This document shows positions 29,509 through 39,356 of a stretch of 64,000 bases of DNA, in pieces. The translations under genes were made by a program, and so were the position numbers. Below the pieces are notes generated by a model, which was not told the DNA's origin, searched no databases, and worked only from the letters and a program-made list of their open reading frames with translations. Each line of letters starts with the position of its first letter. The first letter of the stretch is position 1. Source of the stretch: Roseovarius sp. (GTDB taxonomy: Bacteria; Pseudomonadota; Alphaproteobacteria; Rhodobacterales; Rhodobacteraceae); NCBI GenBank assembly GCA_048267045.1, contig JBLWYG010000002.1:2977-66976 (forward strand), given 5' to 3'.

Positions 29509-30663
29509 TCATGTATTTTGCCCCGGACTGGCCAGACGGGGCGCGATGCGGCCGCTGAGATATTGTGCAAAATCGTAATTCGGCCGCTCCAGATGCGACA
29601 GGTGGCCCGGCGCGGCAAAGGTCGAGCACAGACCGCGATAAACCTTTTCGGTGCAGCCGCGATCCTCGACATTGACTTCGTCCAGCAGGGTTTTCAACTG
29701 TTCGAACAGCGGCGCGGCCTCGGGATCGGCGGCGTGGTGGCGCGACATGCCGCCGCCGAACGTGATGCGCACCTTCCCCACGCCCTCGGGATGCAGGCTG
29801 AGATACCAGAAATACCCCGGCGTCAGCGTGATCAGCAGCGACGGGTAGATCGCCAGCAGAAAGGTGGTGCGCGCAGCGTCACCTGTCAGCGCGGTGTTCT
29901 TTTCGTGCGGCATCGCGATTTTGAAGGCCGCATCCTTGAGGATCGTGTGGTAATTGAAAGCCGGGCGCCCCTCGGGGCAGACCATTTCCTCCAGTTTGCT
30001 GAGGCCGCCGATCGTGCCGGCATGGCAGACCGGCAAGTGATAGCTTTCCATGAAATTCTCGGCCAGCACCTTCCAGTTCGTGTCCCAGACGTGGGTTTCG
30101 TGAAACGATTCGCGGTAGCCTTCCATATCGTAGCCCGCGATCATCTGCGCAACTTCGGCCAACTGCTGGGCCACGGGGGGCGCGTCGGGGTTCAGCGTGA
30201 CGAACACCCAGCCCAGCCATTCCTCGCAACGGACCTTGGGCAGTTTGTACTGGTCCTTGCAGAAGCCTTCGTTCAGCGTCATGCCGGGCGCGCCGCGCAA
30301 GCTGCCATCCAGATTATAGGTCCACGCATGATAGGGGCAGACGATGGCGCGGGTGTTGCCGCGCCCGTGCAGCAGCGTCGACATACGGTGCAGGCAGACG
30401 TTGGACATGGCGCGCAAGTTGCCTTCGCGGTCGCGGATCACCGCGATGGGCTGGTTCGCCAGGTCGGTCGTCAAGTAGTCGCCGGGATCGGCCAGTGCAT
30501 CGGCGCGGCCGACGCAGAACCAATCCCTTGCAAAGATGTGATCCAGCTCCTGTTGCAGAAACTCTTCGGAAGTATAAACCGATGGCGGCATCGCCCGCGC
30601 ACCCTCGAATGGTTGCGATGCGTTTGCCATCAACTCGTCAATTGCGCGTGTCTCGTGTCCCAT
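29509..30663 (-). CDS. Rieske non-heme iron oxygenase alpha subunit (choline monooxygenase/betaine demethylase-like)
   Basis: CLH...CPYH Rieske ligands; ENFMESYHLPVCH; EDRGCTE. Confidence 0.92.
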   Translation of the reverse strand: MGHETRAIDELMANASQPFEGARAMPPSVYTSEEFLQQELDHIFARDWFCVGRADALADPGDYLTTDLANQPIAVIRDREGNLRAMSNVCLHRMSTLLHGRGNTRAIVCPYHAWTYNLDGSLRGAPGMTLNEGFCKDQYKLPKVRCEEWLGWVFVTLNPDAPPVAQQLAEVAQMIAGYDMEGYRESFHETHVWDTNWKVLAENFMESYHLPVCHAGTIGGLSKLEEMVCPEGRPAFNYHTILKDAAFKIAMPHEKNTALTGDAARTTFLLAIYPSLLITLTPGYFWYLSLHPEGVGKVRITFGGGMSRHHAADPEAAPLFEQLKTLLDEVNVEDRGCTEKVYRGLCSTFAAPGHLSHLERPNYDFAQYLSGRIAPRLASPGQNT

Positions 30664-31037
30664 GGCTCGTCCTTTCGGGTCAGTGTGCCGCCGATGTCAG
30701 TTTCGGCGCAGTATAGCGCCGGACCAGCGTCCCGTCCCTTGCCTTTTTGGCTGGTGCGGGGCCTGCGCCGACAGGCGCCGATGCAAACTCAAGGCCTGGG
30801 CCACCACGCGGACGCACAAAAACGACGCGCCAATGTCGCAAATGGGCATTTTGCGGGTTGATCTGTGACCTCAGCAGGTTAGTGTCGCGCACCAATGCGG
30901 CCCGGCGCGCAGGAGCAGCCTTTCAGACCCCGCGTTCTGAACGGGGCGACTTCATATCCTGGGCGCTAAAACGCTTCGACCGGTCCGGCAACGCAGATGT
31001 GCCGACCACAACAGAATGAATGGAGGAGTAACACCAG

Positions 31038-32009
31038 ATGAAACGCATTATTTACGGCGCCGCTTTTGCGGCCCTCGCGGCCCCCACGGCGGCCCTGGCA
31101 CAGGAGCAGTGCGGCGAGGTCACGATCACGCAGATGAACTGGGATTCGTCGGCAATCGTCACGGCGGTTTCGAAATTCCTGATGGAGCAGGGCTATGGCT
31201 GTGACGTGACCGCAGTGCCGTCCGATACGACACCCGCCGTCACATCGCTGTCGGAGAACAACGAGCCTGACATCGTGACCGAGCTGTGGACGAATTCCAC
31301 CGGCGATGTCTACAAGAAGATGAAGGCCGACGGCAAGATCGAGGAAGTCGGCAGCGTGCTGGATCCCGGCGGTGTCGAAGGCTGGTGGCTGCCCACCTAT
31401 CTGGTCGAGGCGCATCCCGAACTGGCGACGATCCAGGGCGTGATGGAGAACCCCGAACTGGTCGGCGGCATGTTCAACAACTGCCCCGATGGCTGGGGCT
31501 GCCGCATCGCCAACGACAACCTGATCCGCGCCTTCGGGCTGGAAGACGCAGGGTTTGAAATCTTCAACCATGGCTCCGGCGAAACGCTCGGCACGTCCAT
31601 GGCCTCGGCCTACCAGAACGAAGAGCCGTGGTTCGGCTACTACTGGGGCCCGACAACGCCGCTGGGCAAGTTCGACATGACCAGCATCGATCTGGGCGAA
31701 TTTGACGAGGCGGCACATCTGGCCAACCAGAACGTCGATACACCGGATCCAAAGCCGTCATCCTTTCCCTCGGCCCCCGTCCTGACGATCGTGACCAAGG
31801 ATTTCATGGAGGAGAAGCCTGACATCGCGGAATTGATGAGCAAGGTGACCTTCAAGACCGACACGATGAGCCAGATCCTCGCGTGGAAAGAGGAAAACAA
31901 CGCCTCCAATGAGGAAGCGGCAGTTTATTTCCTGCAGAACAACCCCGACGAGTGGAAAAGCTGGATCAACGATGCCGCCGCAGAAAAGCTGGCGCCACTG
32001 TTGAAGTGA
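31038..32009 (+). CDS. Betaine-type ABC substrate-binding protein (ProX/OpuAC superfamily, TmoX-like clade)
   Basis: Signal peptide; CGEVTITQMNW, GYGC, ELW, CPDGWGC, YYWGPT. Confidence 0.88.
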   Translation: MKRIIYGAAFAALAAPTAALAQEQCGEVTITQMNWDSSAIVTAVSKFLMEQGYGCDVTAVPSDTTPAVTSLSENNEPDIVTELWTNSTGDVYKKMKADGKIEEVGSVLDPGGVEGWWLPTYLVEAHPELATIQGVMENPELVGGMFNNCPDGWGCRIANDNLIRAFGLEDAGFEIFNHGSGETLGTSMASAYQNEEPWFGYYWGPTTPLGKFDMTSIDLGEFDEAAHLANQNVDTPDPKPSSFPSAPVLTIVTKDFMEEKPDIAELMSKVTFKTDTMSQILAWKEENNASNEEAAVYFLQNNPDEWKSWINDAAAEKLAPLLK

Positions 32010-32170
32010 TCGCATGCGGGTAGCGCCGCGCGCTCCCGCCCGACATTCGCAGAAATTGCGCCGAATGGGTGAGGCGCAGATAACCGACGGGGCCGGGTCT
32101 GCTGATCCGGCCCTGTTCCTGATTGAATCTGTTGAAATGGGCCGTGATCGACGGTCCGTATGAGGAATGC

Positions 32171-33205
32171 ATGGCGACATACGATTTCATTTTCGATACG
32201 CTTGGTCTGAGAAACTGGTGCGGCCCAAGCGGCGAGGCCGAAGGCGGCATGACCTCCATGGCGCAACTGCTGGCGCAGGCCTCTGGCACCGAAATCGAGA
32301 AATCGCCTTGGGAGACCCCTTTTCCATCAATGGATGCGCTGCACGATGCCTGCCCGTCCTTTCCGCAATCGCGGGAACTGACCTCGGGACTGGAAGAGGG
32401 GTTTTTGTCGGTCAAGGATGCGCTCAAGGTCGTCGTTGATCCGCTGACCCAACCACTGAGCTGGGCGCTGAACAATGCGTTGTGGATCATGCAGTCCGTG
32501 CCATGGTTCATCATGATCCCGCTATTGATGCTGATCGCCTATGGCGTCAGCCGTTCGGCGAAGCTGGTCGGGTTGGTGGTGCTCTGCTTCGGCTTTCTGG
32601 CCTTTGTGGATTACTATGATTACACGATGCAGACGCTGGCGATCATCTTTGTCTGTGCGTTCATATGCGTTCTGTTCGGTGTGCCTATCGGCATTGCCAT
32701 GTCGCGTAGTGACAGGGTTCAGCGCTCGATGATCCCCGTTCTGGACATGCTACAGACATTGCCGCCCTTCGTCTATCTGATCCCACTGATTTTCCTGTTT
32801 TCTGTAACCGAACCAAAGCTTTACGGAATTGCGATCATCCTTTACGCGATCGTGCCCGTTGTGCGCCTGACCGATCTGGGGATCCGTCTGGTCGACAAGG
32901 ACGTGATCGAGGCGGCCGATGCCTTTGGCATGAGCCAGAGGCAAAAGCTGTTCAACGTCCAGATCCCCTTGGCGCTGCCGAACATCATGGCGGGCGTCAA
33001 CCAGACCATCATGATGAGCCTGGCGATGGTCGTCATCGCCTCGCTGGTATCTGCCCCCGGTCTGGGTGTGCTGGTGCTGCGCGGCATCCGGTCGCTGGAG
33101 TTGGGTGTCGGGTTGCTGTCCGGTCTGGGTATCGTGTTGATCGCGATCATTCTGGACCGCGTGACCAAGGCGGCGCTGGCCCGCATCAACACAAGCCAAT
33201 CATAA
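32171..33205 (+). CDS. Betaine-type ABC permease (ProW-like) with an N-terminal extension
   Basis: LDMLQTLPPFVYLIP, EAADAFG, GVNQTIMMSLAMVVIASL. Confidence 0.92.
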   Translation: MATYDFIFDTLGLRNWCGPSGEAEGGMTSMAQLLAQASGTEIEKSPWETPFPSMDALHDACPSFPQSRELTSGLEEGFLSVKDALKVVVDPLTQPLSWALNNALWIMQSVPWFIMIPLLMLIAYGVSRSAKLVGLVVLCFGFLAFVDYYDYTMQTLAIIFVCAFICVLFGVPIGIAMSRSDRVQRSMIPVLDMLQTLPPFVYLIPLIFLFSVTEPKLYGIAIILYAIVPVVRLTDLGIRLVDKDVIEAADAFGMSQRQKLFNVQIPLALPNIMAGVNQTIMMSLAMVVIASLVSAPGLGVLVLRGIRSLELGVGLLSGLGIVLIAIILDRVTKAALARINTSQS

Positions 33206-33218
33206 GGAGGTGACGGAC

Positions 33219-34286
33219 ATGAGCGATGCAGACATCAAGATTTCGATCCGCAATCTCTACAAGATTTTCGGCGACGCCCCCCTGCCCGCCCTGCAACATG
33301 TCAAGGACGGCATGGGCAAGACCGAACTGCTCCAGGCGCATGGCCATGTGTTGGGCCTGAATGACATCAACGTGGATGTGCCGACGGGCAAGACGACGGT
33401 CATCATGGGGCTGTCGGGGTCGGGCAAGTCGACCCTGATCCGGCACCTCAACCGCCTGATCGAGCCAACTGCCGGTGAGATCTGGGTCGATGGCGAGAAT
33501 ATCCTGAATTACAGCGACAGGCAGTTGCGCCACCTGCGGCAGCATAAAATGTCGATGGTGTTCCAGAAATTCGCCCTGTTTCCACATCGCACGGTCCTGC
33601 AGAACGCCGGGCTGGCGCCCTCTGTCGAGGGTCAAAGGGAACGCAACTACGCCGATGAGGCGCGCAAATGGCTGGATCGGGTCGGCCTGCATGGACAGGG
33701 CGACCAGTATCCGCATCAGTTGTCCGGCGGAATGCAGCAGCGCGTCGGCATCGCACGGGCGCTGACCAGCAATTCCGACATCATGCTGATGGACGAGGCG
33801 TTTTCGGCACTGGACCCGCTGATCCGCACGGACATGCAAAACCTGTTGATCGAATTGCAGGACGAGTTGCACAAGACGGTCGTCTTCATCACACATGATC
33901 TGGACGAAGCGCTCAAGCTGGCGGATCATCTGGTGATCCTGAAGGACGGGTTTGTCGTCCAGCAGGGCGAGCCGCAGCATATTCTGCTGAACCCGGCGGA
34001 CCCCTATATCGAGGATTTTGTCAGCGATATCAACCGTGCGCGGGTGTTGCGCGTCCGCTCCGTAATGGATCGGACGTCCGAGCCGTCGGGCGACCATGCA
34101 GGCGAAATCGACCACGACGACACGCTTGAATCCGTCATCGCGCGGTCCGGGGGCAACACCATGCTGAGCTACCGTGTGGTGAAGGACGGCGTGCCGGTCG
34201 GGGTTCTGAATATGCGCAAACTTGTCCGCGCGCTGGTCCCGTCGGAGCAATCGGGAGACACCGAAAGTGCGCGGCGCAGCGGCTAA
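33219..34286 (+). CDS. Betaine-type ABC ATP-binding protein (ProV-like)
   Basis: GLSGSGKS, LSGGMQQRVGIARAL, MDEAFSALDPLIR, FITHDLDEAL. Confidence 0.94.
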   Translation: MSDADIKISIRNLYKIFGDAPLPALQHVKDGMGKTELLQAHGHVLGLNDINVDVPTGKTTVIMGLSGSGKSTLIRHLNRLIEPTAGEIWVDGENILNYSDRQLRHLRQHKMSMVFQKFALFPHRTVLQNAGLAPSVEGQRERNYADEARKWLDRVGLHGQGDQYPHQLSGGMQQRVGIARALTSNSDIMLMDEAFSALDPLIRTDMQNLLIELQDELHKTVVFITHDLDEALKLADHLVILKDGFVVQQGEPQHILLNPADPYIEDFVSDINRARVLRVRSVMDRTSEPSGDHAGEIDHDDTLESVIARSGGNTMLSYRVVKDGVPVGVLNMRKLVRALVPSEQSGDTESARRSG

Positions 34287-34333
34287 GCTGTCGTGGCGCC
34301 GTCACGCCACGCGGTCACGTCAGATATACGAAA

Positions 34334-34360
34334 CGGGGCGGCCACGATGGGGCCGCCCCG
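34334..34360. terminator. Terminator between convergent proV and DJ-1 genes
   Basis: Perfect 10-bp stem CGGGGCGGCC/GGCCGCCCCG; TTT follows on the minus strand. Confidence 0.72.
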
Positions 34361-34372
34361 GTCTGCATTTTT

Positions 34373-35047
34373 TCAGAGCAGCGCCAGCAATTTCTTCGCC
34401 GCTTCTTCGGACGAGGCCGGGTTCTGGCCTGTCACCAGCTTGCCGTCGGTCACAACAAAGGATGCCCAATCGTCGCCTTTCCTGTACGCGCCGCCATTTG
34501 CCTTCAGCATGTCCTCGACAAGGAACGGCACAATCTCCGTCAGCCCCACGCCCTCTTCCTCGGTGTTGGTAAAGCCGGTCACGGTCTTGCCTGCCACCAA
34601 GGGCTTGCCATTTGGCCCCTTGGTGTGACGGAACACAGCGGGCGCATGGCAAACGGCGCCGACAGGCCGATCGCTGGCGGCGAAGGTTTCGATCAGTTTT
34701 TTGCTGTCGCTATCCTCCGCGAGATCCCAGAGCGGGCCGTGGCCGCCGGGATAGAATATCGCGTCAAAACCATCGGCGGAAATGGTGGACAGAACTTCGG
34801 TATTCGCCAGATCCTTCTGCGCCGCGTCGTCGCCTTTGAAGCGCTTGGTGGCAGCGGTCTGGGCATCGTCCGTATCGCTTGACGGATCAAGCGGCGGCTG
34901 GCCGCCCTTGGGCGACGCCAGCGTGATGTCCGCCCCGGCATCCTTGAAGACGTAATAGGGCGCCGCGAACTCTTCGAGCCAGAATCCGGTCTTGTTGCCG
35001 GTATCGCCCAATTGGTCGTGTGACGTCAGTACCATGAGTATTTTCAT
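34373..35047 (-). CDS. DJ-1/PfpI family, Hsp31-like (glyoxalase III-type)
   Basis: TGFWLEEFAAPY, PGGHGPLWD, AVCHAP, VTGQNPAS. Confidence 0.92.
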   Translation of the reverse strand: MKILMVLTSHDQLGDTGNKTGFWLEEFAAPYYVFKDAGADITLASPKGGQPPLDPSSDTDDAQTAATKRFKGDDAAQKDLANTEVLSTISADGFDAIFYPGGHGPLWDLAEDSDSKKLIETFAASDRPVGAVCHAPAVFRHTKGPNGKPLVAGKTVTGFTNTEEEGVGLTEIVPFLVEDMLKANGGAYRKGDDWASFVVTDGKLVTGQNPASSEEAAKKLLALL

Positions 35048-35282
35048 TGGTCGGTTGCCTTTTCATAAATTCAATCAATCGCTCGGGTCGGTGCAACGCG
35101 CGCCGATAGCCGCGTCTCGGCGTGCCAACAAACGCGGCGGGCACCCGTTCCAGATGTATCGGTCACGTCCCCGCGATAGCCGCTTGTCCTTGGCTAGGTA
35201 GGCTGGCGATGGGCAATGTCAAAACGGCCAGGAATGGTGCGGTGGCGCTACGGCATGGATCCGGTCGATTGCGGTCTGAGCT

Positions 35283-35636
35283 TTATTTTACGCGGGCCCG
35301 CTCAAGCTGATTTATCGCAGCGGAGGTGGAAAACGGGTTTACGTAAAGACGATCATGGCTTTCGACGCCCACGTCAAAGACACAATCCTCGTTTGGGCGC
35401 GCAACACACAGCAGCACATAGCCTTCCGCTGCTTGTCGTTTGTTCAGCGCAGTGCCTTTGGGCTGACGCACAGACCCCGAAATCATCTTGGCCGCGCAGG
35501 TGATGCACCCGCCATATCGGCAGGCAATGGGCAGAACGTAGCCTGCCGCCTCGACCACGTCGATGATCGCCTCGTCCTCGCCCACGTCGAACGACAGGCC
35601 GCCGCGGTTGCGGAACGTGACCTTGTGCTTGCGCAT
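35283..35636 (-). CDS. Plant-type [2Fe-2S] ferredoxin
   Basis: LPIACRYGGCITC...LLCVA (C-x4-C-x2-C...C). Confidence 0.92.
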   Translation of the reverse strand: MRKHKVTFRNRGGLSFDVGEDEAIIDVVEAAGYVLPIACRYGGCITCAAKMISGSVRQPKGTALNKRQAAEGYVLLCVARPNEDCVFDVGVESHDRLYVNPFSTSAAINQLERARVK

Positions 35637-35698
35637 GTGTCCCTCCGTGCAAATCCCCCGGCCAGATCACACAAGGCCGGGGATCGTGGCGTACGGTG

Positions 35699-37063
35699 TC
35701 AGATCCAGATGTCGGATGAACAATCGCCACCGGGATACCGGGTTTCGTGGGCGCGGGACGGCCCATTCGGTTCGCCGTTGAAATCCACGAGGAAATCCTC
35801 GCGGATCGTCATGCCGCCATTCACGTTGTCGCAATCGACCAGCAGCATGAGGCCGCCATTGTCCTTCATCGACGGATAGAACTGGTTGTCCCAGGTCGAG
35901 AACAGCGACGTCGTGACATACATGCGCTTGCCGTCCAGCGACAGCTGGATCATCTGCGGCCCCCCATCAACCGTCCGGCCATTGACTTCGGGCGCCTTGC
36001 CCAGCAAACCGCCGATCCAGACCTGGCCGGTCAGCTTCGGGTTCGCCGGATCAGAGATGTCATACTGGCGCAGATCGCCATGCAGCCAGTTCGAGAAATA
36101 GAGATACCGGTCATCCATCGAAATCAGGATGTCCGTTATCAGGCTGGGCATCGGCACGGGAAAGCCCTCGACATCCACCGTGGGCACGTCGATGACCTTG
36201 TTGATCTCAACTTTGCCATTGTCCTTGTGATAATGAAAAATGTTCGAGGCCAGCGCCGCCCCGACAAACCCGTGAGTGCTGTCCGGATCATGATGAAACC
36301 GCGCCTCCAGCGGGATCATGCCGTCTGCCCCCAGATCGACCGATTGCTCGACCTTGCGGTTCTTGAAATCCCAGAAATGGATATGCTGGCCGTATTTGCC
36401 GCGCGCCACATCCTCCAGATCAAATCCCGGCATGAAGGTGTTGGGCGACGCCCATTCGGTCGAGATCATCATATTGTGCCGTGGCTGATACCAGAAGTCA
36501 TAGTTGTACTTCATCTCGCCAAGGTCTTTTTCCCAGCGGCCAAGAATGTTGAAATCCTTGTCCAGATGCAGGAAACCGCCCGGCCCGTTACCGTCCGCAT
36601 CGCCCAGCATCGACACGATTATATCCGCGCCAAGGCAATGCACCGTATGCGGGGCGGACAGATTGGTCTTGGCCTTGATCTCGTCCCCGTTGATCGTCTT
36701 GTAAAGCGTCGGTTTGCGCGGATCGGATGCGGTGTCGACGATGTAGAAATTCGTCGTGCGCACTCCGGGAATGATCAGGTATTTGCGCTCCATGCTGCCA
36801 TCCGTGTTGCAGGACGAACAGGCATTCCAGCCCATATGGTGCAATTCGTCACCGACGATGGGCATCTCGGTGCGGTGGATTACCTGGCTGTAGGTCGGAC
36901 TGTCCTCGTCAACATCGATGGTTGCCAGATAGTCCGGTTTTTCAACGCCGGTCCCGGTATAGATGCAGATCGTGTAAACGACTTTTTCGCGCGGCGCCTT
37001 GATGGCCTCTTGCGGCGACGCATAGCCGGGTCCTGCACAGCAGCTACCGTTTGAGTCAGACAT
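35699..37063 (-). CDS. Selenium-binding protein SBP56/SELENBP1 family (methanethiol oxidase-like), cytoplasmic
   Basis: GPGYASP, DYLATID, DELHHMGWNACSSC, YDFWYQPRH, NWLHGDLRQYDISDP, GGPQMIQLSLDGKR, WDNQFYP, YPGGDCSSDIWI; no signal peptide. Confidence 0.93.
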   Translation of the reverse strand: MSDSNGSCCAGPGYASPQEAIKAPREKVVYTICIYTGTGVEKPDYLATIDVDEDSPTYSQVIHRTEMPIVGDELHHMGWNACSSCNTDGSMERKYLIIPGVRTTNFYIVDTASDPRKPTLYKTINGDEIKAKTNLSAPHTVHCLGADIIVSMLGDADGNGPGGFLHLDKDFNILGRWEKDLGEMKYNYDFWYQPRHNMMISTEWASPNTFMPGFDLEDVARGKYGQHIHFWDFKNRKVEQSVDLGADGMIPLEARFHHDPDSTHGFVGAALASNIFHYHKDNGKVEINKVIDVPTVDVEGFPVPMPSLITDILISMDDRYLYFSNWLHGDLRQYDISDPANPKLTGQVWIGGLLGKAPEVNGRTVDGGPQMIQLSLDGKRMYVTTSLFSTWDNQFYPSMKDNGGLMLLVDCDNVNGGMTIREDFLVDFNGEPNGPSRAHETRYPGGDCSSDIWI

Positions 37064-37314
37064 GTCATTCCTCCCTTTTATCATATCGTTTCCGGCGTGG
37101 CCCCGAGCTTGGGCAAATCTGTTTGCCGACGATCCGTAACACCACACGCTGCCGCTGCAGCGCTGTCTTGCCGGACGCAACAGCATCATATGACGATATG
37201 GCGCAGGCGCGCGCCAAGGAAATCCCTTGGACGCAAACAGGATCCGGTTTCTACTTCGTACGCTGGCGGCGAGACCCCTGGCGTCGCAAGTTTGATCAAG
37301 GCAGGAGATACAGG

Positions 37315-37839
37315 ATGAACACTCTTCGCGCACTCATCGCCACATCTGCTATTCTTTGTGGAACAGTCACCACCGCACAAACGGCCACCAATACGATGAC
37401 CGTCAAAATTGACGGATCACAGACCGTTTTATCGATGTCACCAACCTTCGCCCGTGCGCCATCCAGTTGGAGCACCTTTCCTGCGGCGGACCATGTCGAC
37501 GAAATCCAGGCAATTGGATACCTGTTGGAGGACGATGCCCTCGAGATGCAGGTCAACGTCTATTTTGTGATATGGAACCTGAGCGAAGGCGCGAATATCG
37601 AACAGCCCAGCATCGAAATCGTCCGGCGCGATGACACGGGTCGCTGGGAGACCATGGAACAGGAAGACCCGCCAATCGTGACGTTGACCACCTACGACCG
37701 CTCTGACGCCGGATTGCTCATCGAGGCTGCATTTTCAGGAAATTCCGTCTACTGGCCGACCATTTACAAAAAGCCCGAGGACCGCGGGCCGTCAGCGCAG
37801 GTCAGTGGCGAGTTTTCGATCTTCTATCCTGTGGACTAA
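37315..37839 (+). CDS. Secreted hypothetical protein, 174 aa
   Basis: CAGGAG RBS; signal peptide MNTLRALIATSAILCG; alternating beta-strand pattern. Confidence 0.72.
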   Translation: MNTLRALIATSAILCGTVTTAQTATNTMTVKIDGSQTVLSMSPTFARAPSSWSTFPAADHVDEIQAIGYLLEDDALEMQVNVYFVIWNLSEGANIEQPSIEIVRRDDTGRWETMEQEDPPIVTLTTYDRSDAGLLIEAAFSGNSVYWPTIYKKPEDRGPSAQVSGEFSIFYPVD

Positions 37840-38152
37840 CCTGTCGCACATGCGGGCATCCTGATGACCACCCCTGCGTCAAATTGTTCTGACGACCAAG
37901 ACACTCCGCCGGTGGCTCGCGACAAGGCGTGAGCAAAACAGATCATATTTTTCTGATGGTTAAAACGCATATCTCACCTTTGACCTCAAGCAAATGGAAC
38001 GCGGAACACCCGAGGGTTGAAAGCCTTTTTTCTGCTTCTCGCGGCTGTTTCCTTGCCAAGCAAGATCGAGGCGTTAGGGTGATGCCTTAGATCGCCGCCC
38101 CGTGACTGTCTTGTAAAAAAATGTGTGCGCGATCACTCTGGGAGGAGAAAAC

Positions 38153-39283
38153 ATGTCAAATAATGGGAATATTGACCGCCGTTCGTTTCTGACAAAATCG
38201 GCGCTTGCCGGGGGTGTTGCCACCGGCGGCATGCTGGCTGCGCCAGCTGTTCTTGCGCAATCGCCTATTGTCATAAAGATGCAGACATCGTGGAACGATG
38301 CCAATATATGGCAGGAATTTGCGCGCGATTATGCCACCCGCGTCGAGGAGATGTCGGGCGGACGGCTGAAGGTCGATGTGCTGCCCGCCGGTGCGGTCGT
38401 TGCCGCGTTCCAGGTGCTGGATGCCGTGAATGACGGCCTGATCGATGCGGCCCATTCCGTTCCCGTCTATTGGTATGGCAAGAACAAGGCGGCGTCGCTG
38501 TTCGGGACCGGTCCGGTGTTCGGCGGATCGGCCACCACCATGCTGTCGTGGTTCTACCAAGGCGGCGGACAGGAACTGTACCATGAACTGCTCCAGGACA
38601 ACATGGATCTGGACGTCGTTGGCTACCTTGGCTTTCCGATGTTCGCGCAGCCCTTTGGCTGGTTCAAGGAAGAGGTCAACACCGTTGCCGACCTGCAGGG
38701 TTTCAAATATCGGACCGTGGGTCTGGCAGCCGACCTGATGTCCAAGCTGGGCATGTCCGTCGCGCAATTGCCGGGCGGCGAAATCGTGCCCGCAATGGAG
38801 CGCGGCGTGATCGACGCGTTCGAGTTCAACAACCCGTCGTCGGACAAGGATTTCGGCGCACAGGATGTGGCAAAGAATTATTACCTGTCATCATACCACC
38901 AGGCCTCGGAAAGTTTCGAATTCCTGTTCTCCAGGACCTTCCTGGAAGATCTGGACCCGGACCTTCAGGCCATCCTCAAATATGGTGTCGAAGCAGCCTC
39001 GACGGCGAATACCGCCAAGGCCATGGACCGGTATTCGGCAGATCTTCAGTTCCTTGAAAACGAGGCCGGGGTCACGGTGCATCGCACCTCGAAGGAGATA
39101 CTCGACGCGCAGCTCAAGGCATGGGACGAACTGATCCCCGAGCTGGAAACGGATCCGTTCATGAAAAAGACCCTCGACAGTCAGCGCGACTGGGTCAGCC
39201 GCGTGTCATATTACGAACTCATGAACTCGCCCGATTACGGGCTGGCCTACGATCATTATTTCCCCGGCAAGGTGAAACTCTGA
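38153..39283 (+). CDS. TRAP substrate-binding protein, TakP-like, Tat signal
   Basis: DRRSFL twin-arginine; MQTSW, DAVNDG, YWYGK, KYRTVGL, ERGVIDAFEFNNP. Confidence 0.9.
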   Translation: MSNNGNIDRRSFLTKSALAGGVATGGMLAAPAVLAQSPIVIKMQTSWNDANIWQEFARDYATRVEEMSGGRLKVDVLPAGAVVAAFQVLDAVNDGLIDAAHSVPVYWYGKNKAASLFGTGPVFGGSATTMLSWFYQGGGQELYHELLQDNMDLDVVGYLGFPMFAQPFGWFKEEVNTVADLQGFKYRTVGLAADLMSKLGMSVAQLPGGEIVPAMERGVIDAFEFNNPSSDKDFGAQDVAKNYYLSSYHQASESFEFLFSRTFLEDLDPDLQAILKYGVEAASTANTAKAMDRYSADLQFLENEAGVTVHRTSKEILDAQLKAWDELIPELETDPFMKKTLDSQRDWVSRVSYYELMNSPDYGLAYDHYFPGKVKL

Positions 39284-39356
39284 GCGCGTCAGCCAAATGT
39301 GAAGCGAGTCCCGGCGCATTGCGCGCCGGGGTTCCCGTGCAAAAAACAGGGGTAGC

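Noticed and set aside
28042-30861. 939-aa plus-strand ORF, and similar long ORFs (973-2109, 14943-16427, 19939-21141, 21930-23432, 35747-37054)
   Set aside because: Antisense shadows of well-supported genes; Arg/Ala/Gly-rich, no motifs, expected at this GC content
30820-30900. TGTCGC half-sites resembling ArgR/GbdR-type AraC operators
   Set aside because: Spacing (~49 nt) does not fit tandem binding, and no such regulator is in the window
31038-34286. Firm call as TMAO transporter tmoXWV
   Set aside because: Clade resemblance only; no tmm/tdm/dmm genes in the window
35699-37063. Canonical periplasmic mtoX cluster
   Set aside because: No signal peptide and no mauG or SCO1/SenC neighbour in the window
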